This document shows positions 62,957 to 64,000 of a stretch of DNA of 64,000 bases, piece by piece. Where the stretch lies: assembly GCF_963921235.1 (NCBI RefSeq), contig NC_086108.1, positions 92,010,001 to 92,074,000 of the forward strand, written 5' to 3'. Every line of letters starts with the position of its first letter. Position 1 is the stretch's first letter. Position numbers and translations under genes: made by a program. Source of the DNA: Mobula hypostoma (lineage: Eukaryota). The notes below the pieces were generated by a model. The model was not told the origin of the DNA. It saw nothing but the letters and a program-made list of their open reading frames with translations, and searched no databases.

Positions 62957-64000
62957 CATAAGACCATAACATATAGGAGCAGAAGTAGACCATTTGGCCC
63001 ATCGAGTCTGCTCCATCATTCAATCATGGGCTGATCCACTTCTTTCAGTCATCCCCACTCTCCTGCCTTCTCCCCATACCCTTTGATGCCCTGGCTAATC
63101 AAGAACCTATCTATCTCTGCCTTAAATGCACCCAATGAATTGGCCTCCACAGCCGCTCGTGGCAACAAATTCCATAGATTTACCACCCTCAGACTAAAGT
63201 AATTTCTCTACATCTCTGTTCAAAATGGACATCCTTCAATCCTGAAGTCATGCCCTCTTGTCCTAGACTCCCCTACCATGGGAAATAACTTTGCCATATC
63301 TAATCTGGTCAGGCCTTTTAACATTCAGAATGTTTCTATGAGATCCCTCCTCATTCTCCTGAGCTCCAGGGAATACAGATCAAGAGCTGCCAGACGTTCC
63401 TCATATGGTAACCCTTTCATTCCTGGAATCATTCTCGTGAATCTTCTCTGAACTCTCTCCAATGTCAGTATATCCTTTCTAAAATAAGGAGCCCAAAACT
63501 GCACACAATACTCCGTGTAGTCTCTCGAGTGCCTTATACAGCCTCAACATCACATCCCTGCTCTTATAACTGGAGGTTAACTTTTAAGGTATCCTGCACA
63601 AGGAGTCCCAAGTCCCTTTGCGTCTCTGCATTTTGAATTCTTTCCCCATCTAAGTAATAGTCTGCCCGGTTATTTCTTCCACCAAAGTGCCTGACCATAC
63701 ACTTTCTAACATTGTATTTCATTTGCCACTTCTTTGCCCATTCCCCTAAGCTATAGAAATCTCTCTGTAGGTTCTCTGTTTCTTCAACACTACCTGCTCC
63801 TCCACCTACCTTTGTATCATCGGCAAATTTAGCCACAAATCCGTTAATCCCATATTCCAAATCATTGACATACATCGTAAAAACCAGCGGTCCCAACACT
63901 GACCCCTATGGAACTCCACTGGTAACCAGCAGCCAGCCAGAGTAGGATCCCTTTATTCCCACTCTCTGTTTTCTGCCAATCAGCCAATGCTCCACCCATG
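62957..64000 (-). mobile_element. CR1-type LINE continuing beyond the window
   Basis: GVP*GSVLGP...YVNDL...KFADDTK; internal deletion near 63565. Confidence 0.95.

Overview
Repeat-dense vertebrate genomic DNA, most likely from a cartilaginous fish (shark or ray). The organism is inferred from the repeat mix: CR1/HER1-type LINEs, V-SINE/HE1-type tRNA SINEs, Rex1/Babar-like LINEs, RTE derivatives, Tc1 and hAT relics, solo LTRs and Penelope-like elements. I could not identify an intact host protein-coding gene. The recognisable ORFs in the track are transposon remnants, so the window looks intronic or intergenic, with a few repeat-free islands and weak minus-strand exon candidates. The main signal is a young Penelope-like element (PLE) family carrying a minimal type-I hammerhead ribozyme motif (agtc-CTGACGA-agg..cct-GAAA-cGTC-gact). 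It has inserted five times as inverted two-arm palindromes (7403, 28320, 34778, 37350, 40261), each with a 10-16 bp target-site duplication (TSD). All five follow the same geometry: one arm carries a ~33-45 nt tail, the tail-less arm always reaches further 5', and the two arms differ in length by at most ~30 nt across a roughly ninefold size range. Repeat family names come from motif recognition, not database searches, and the boundaries of old repeats are approximate.
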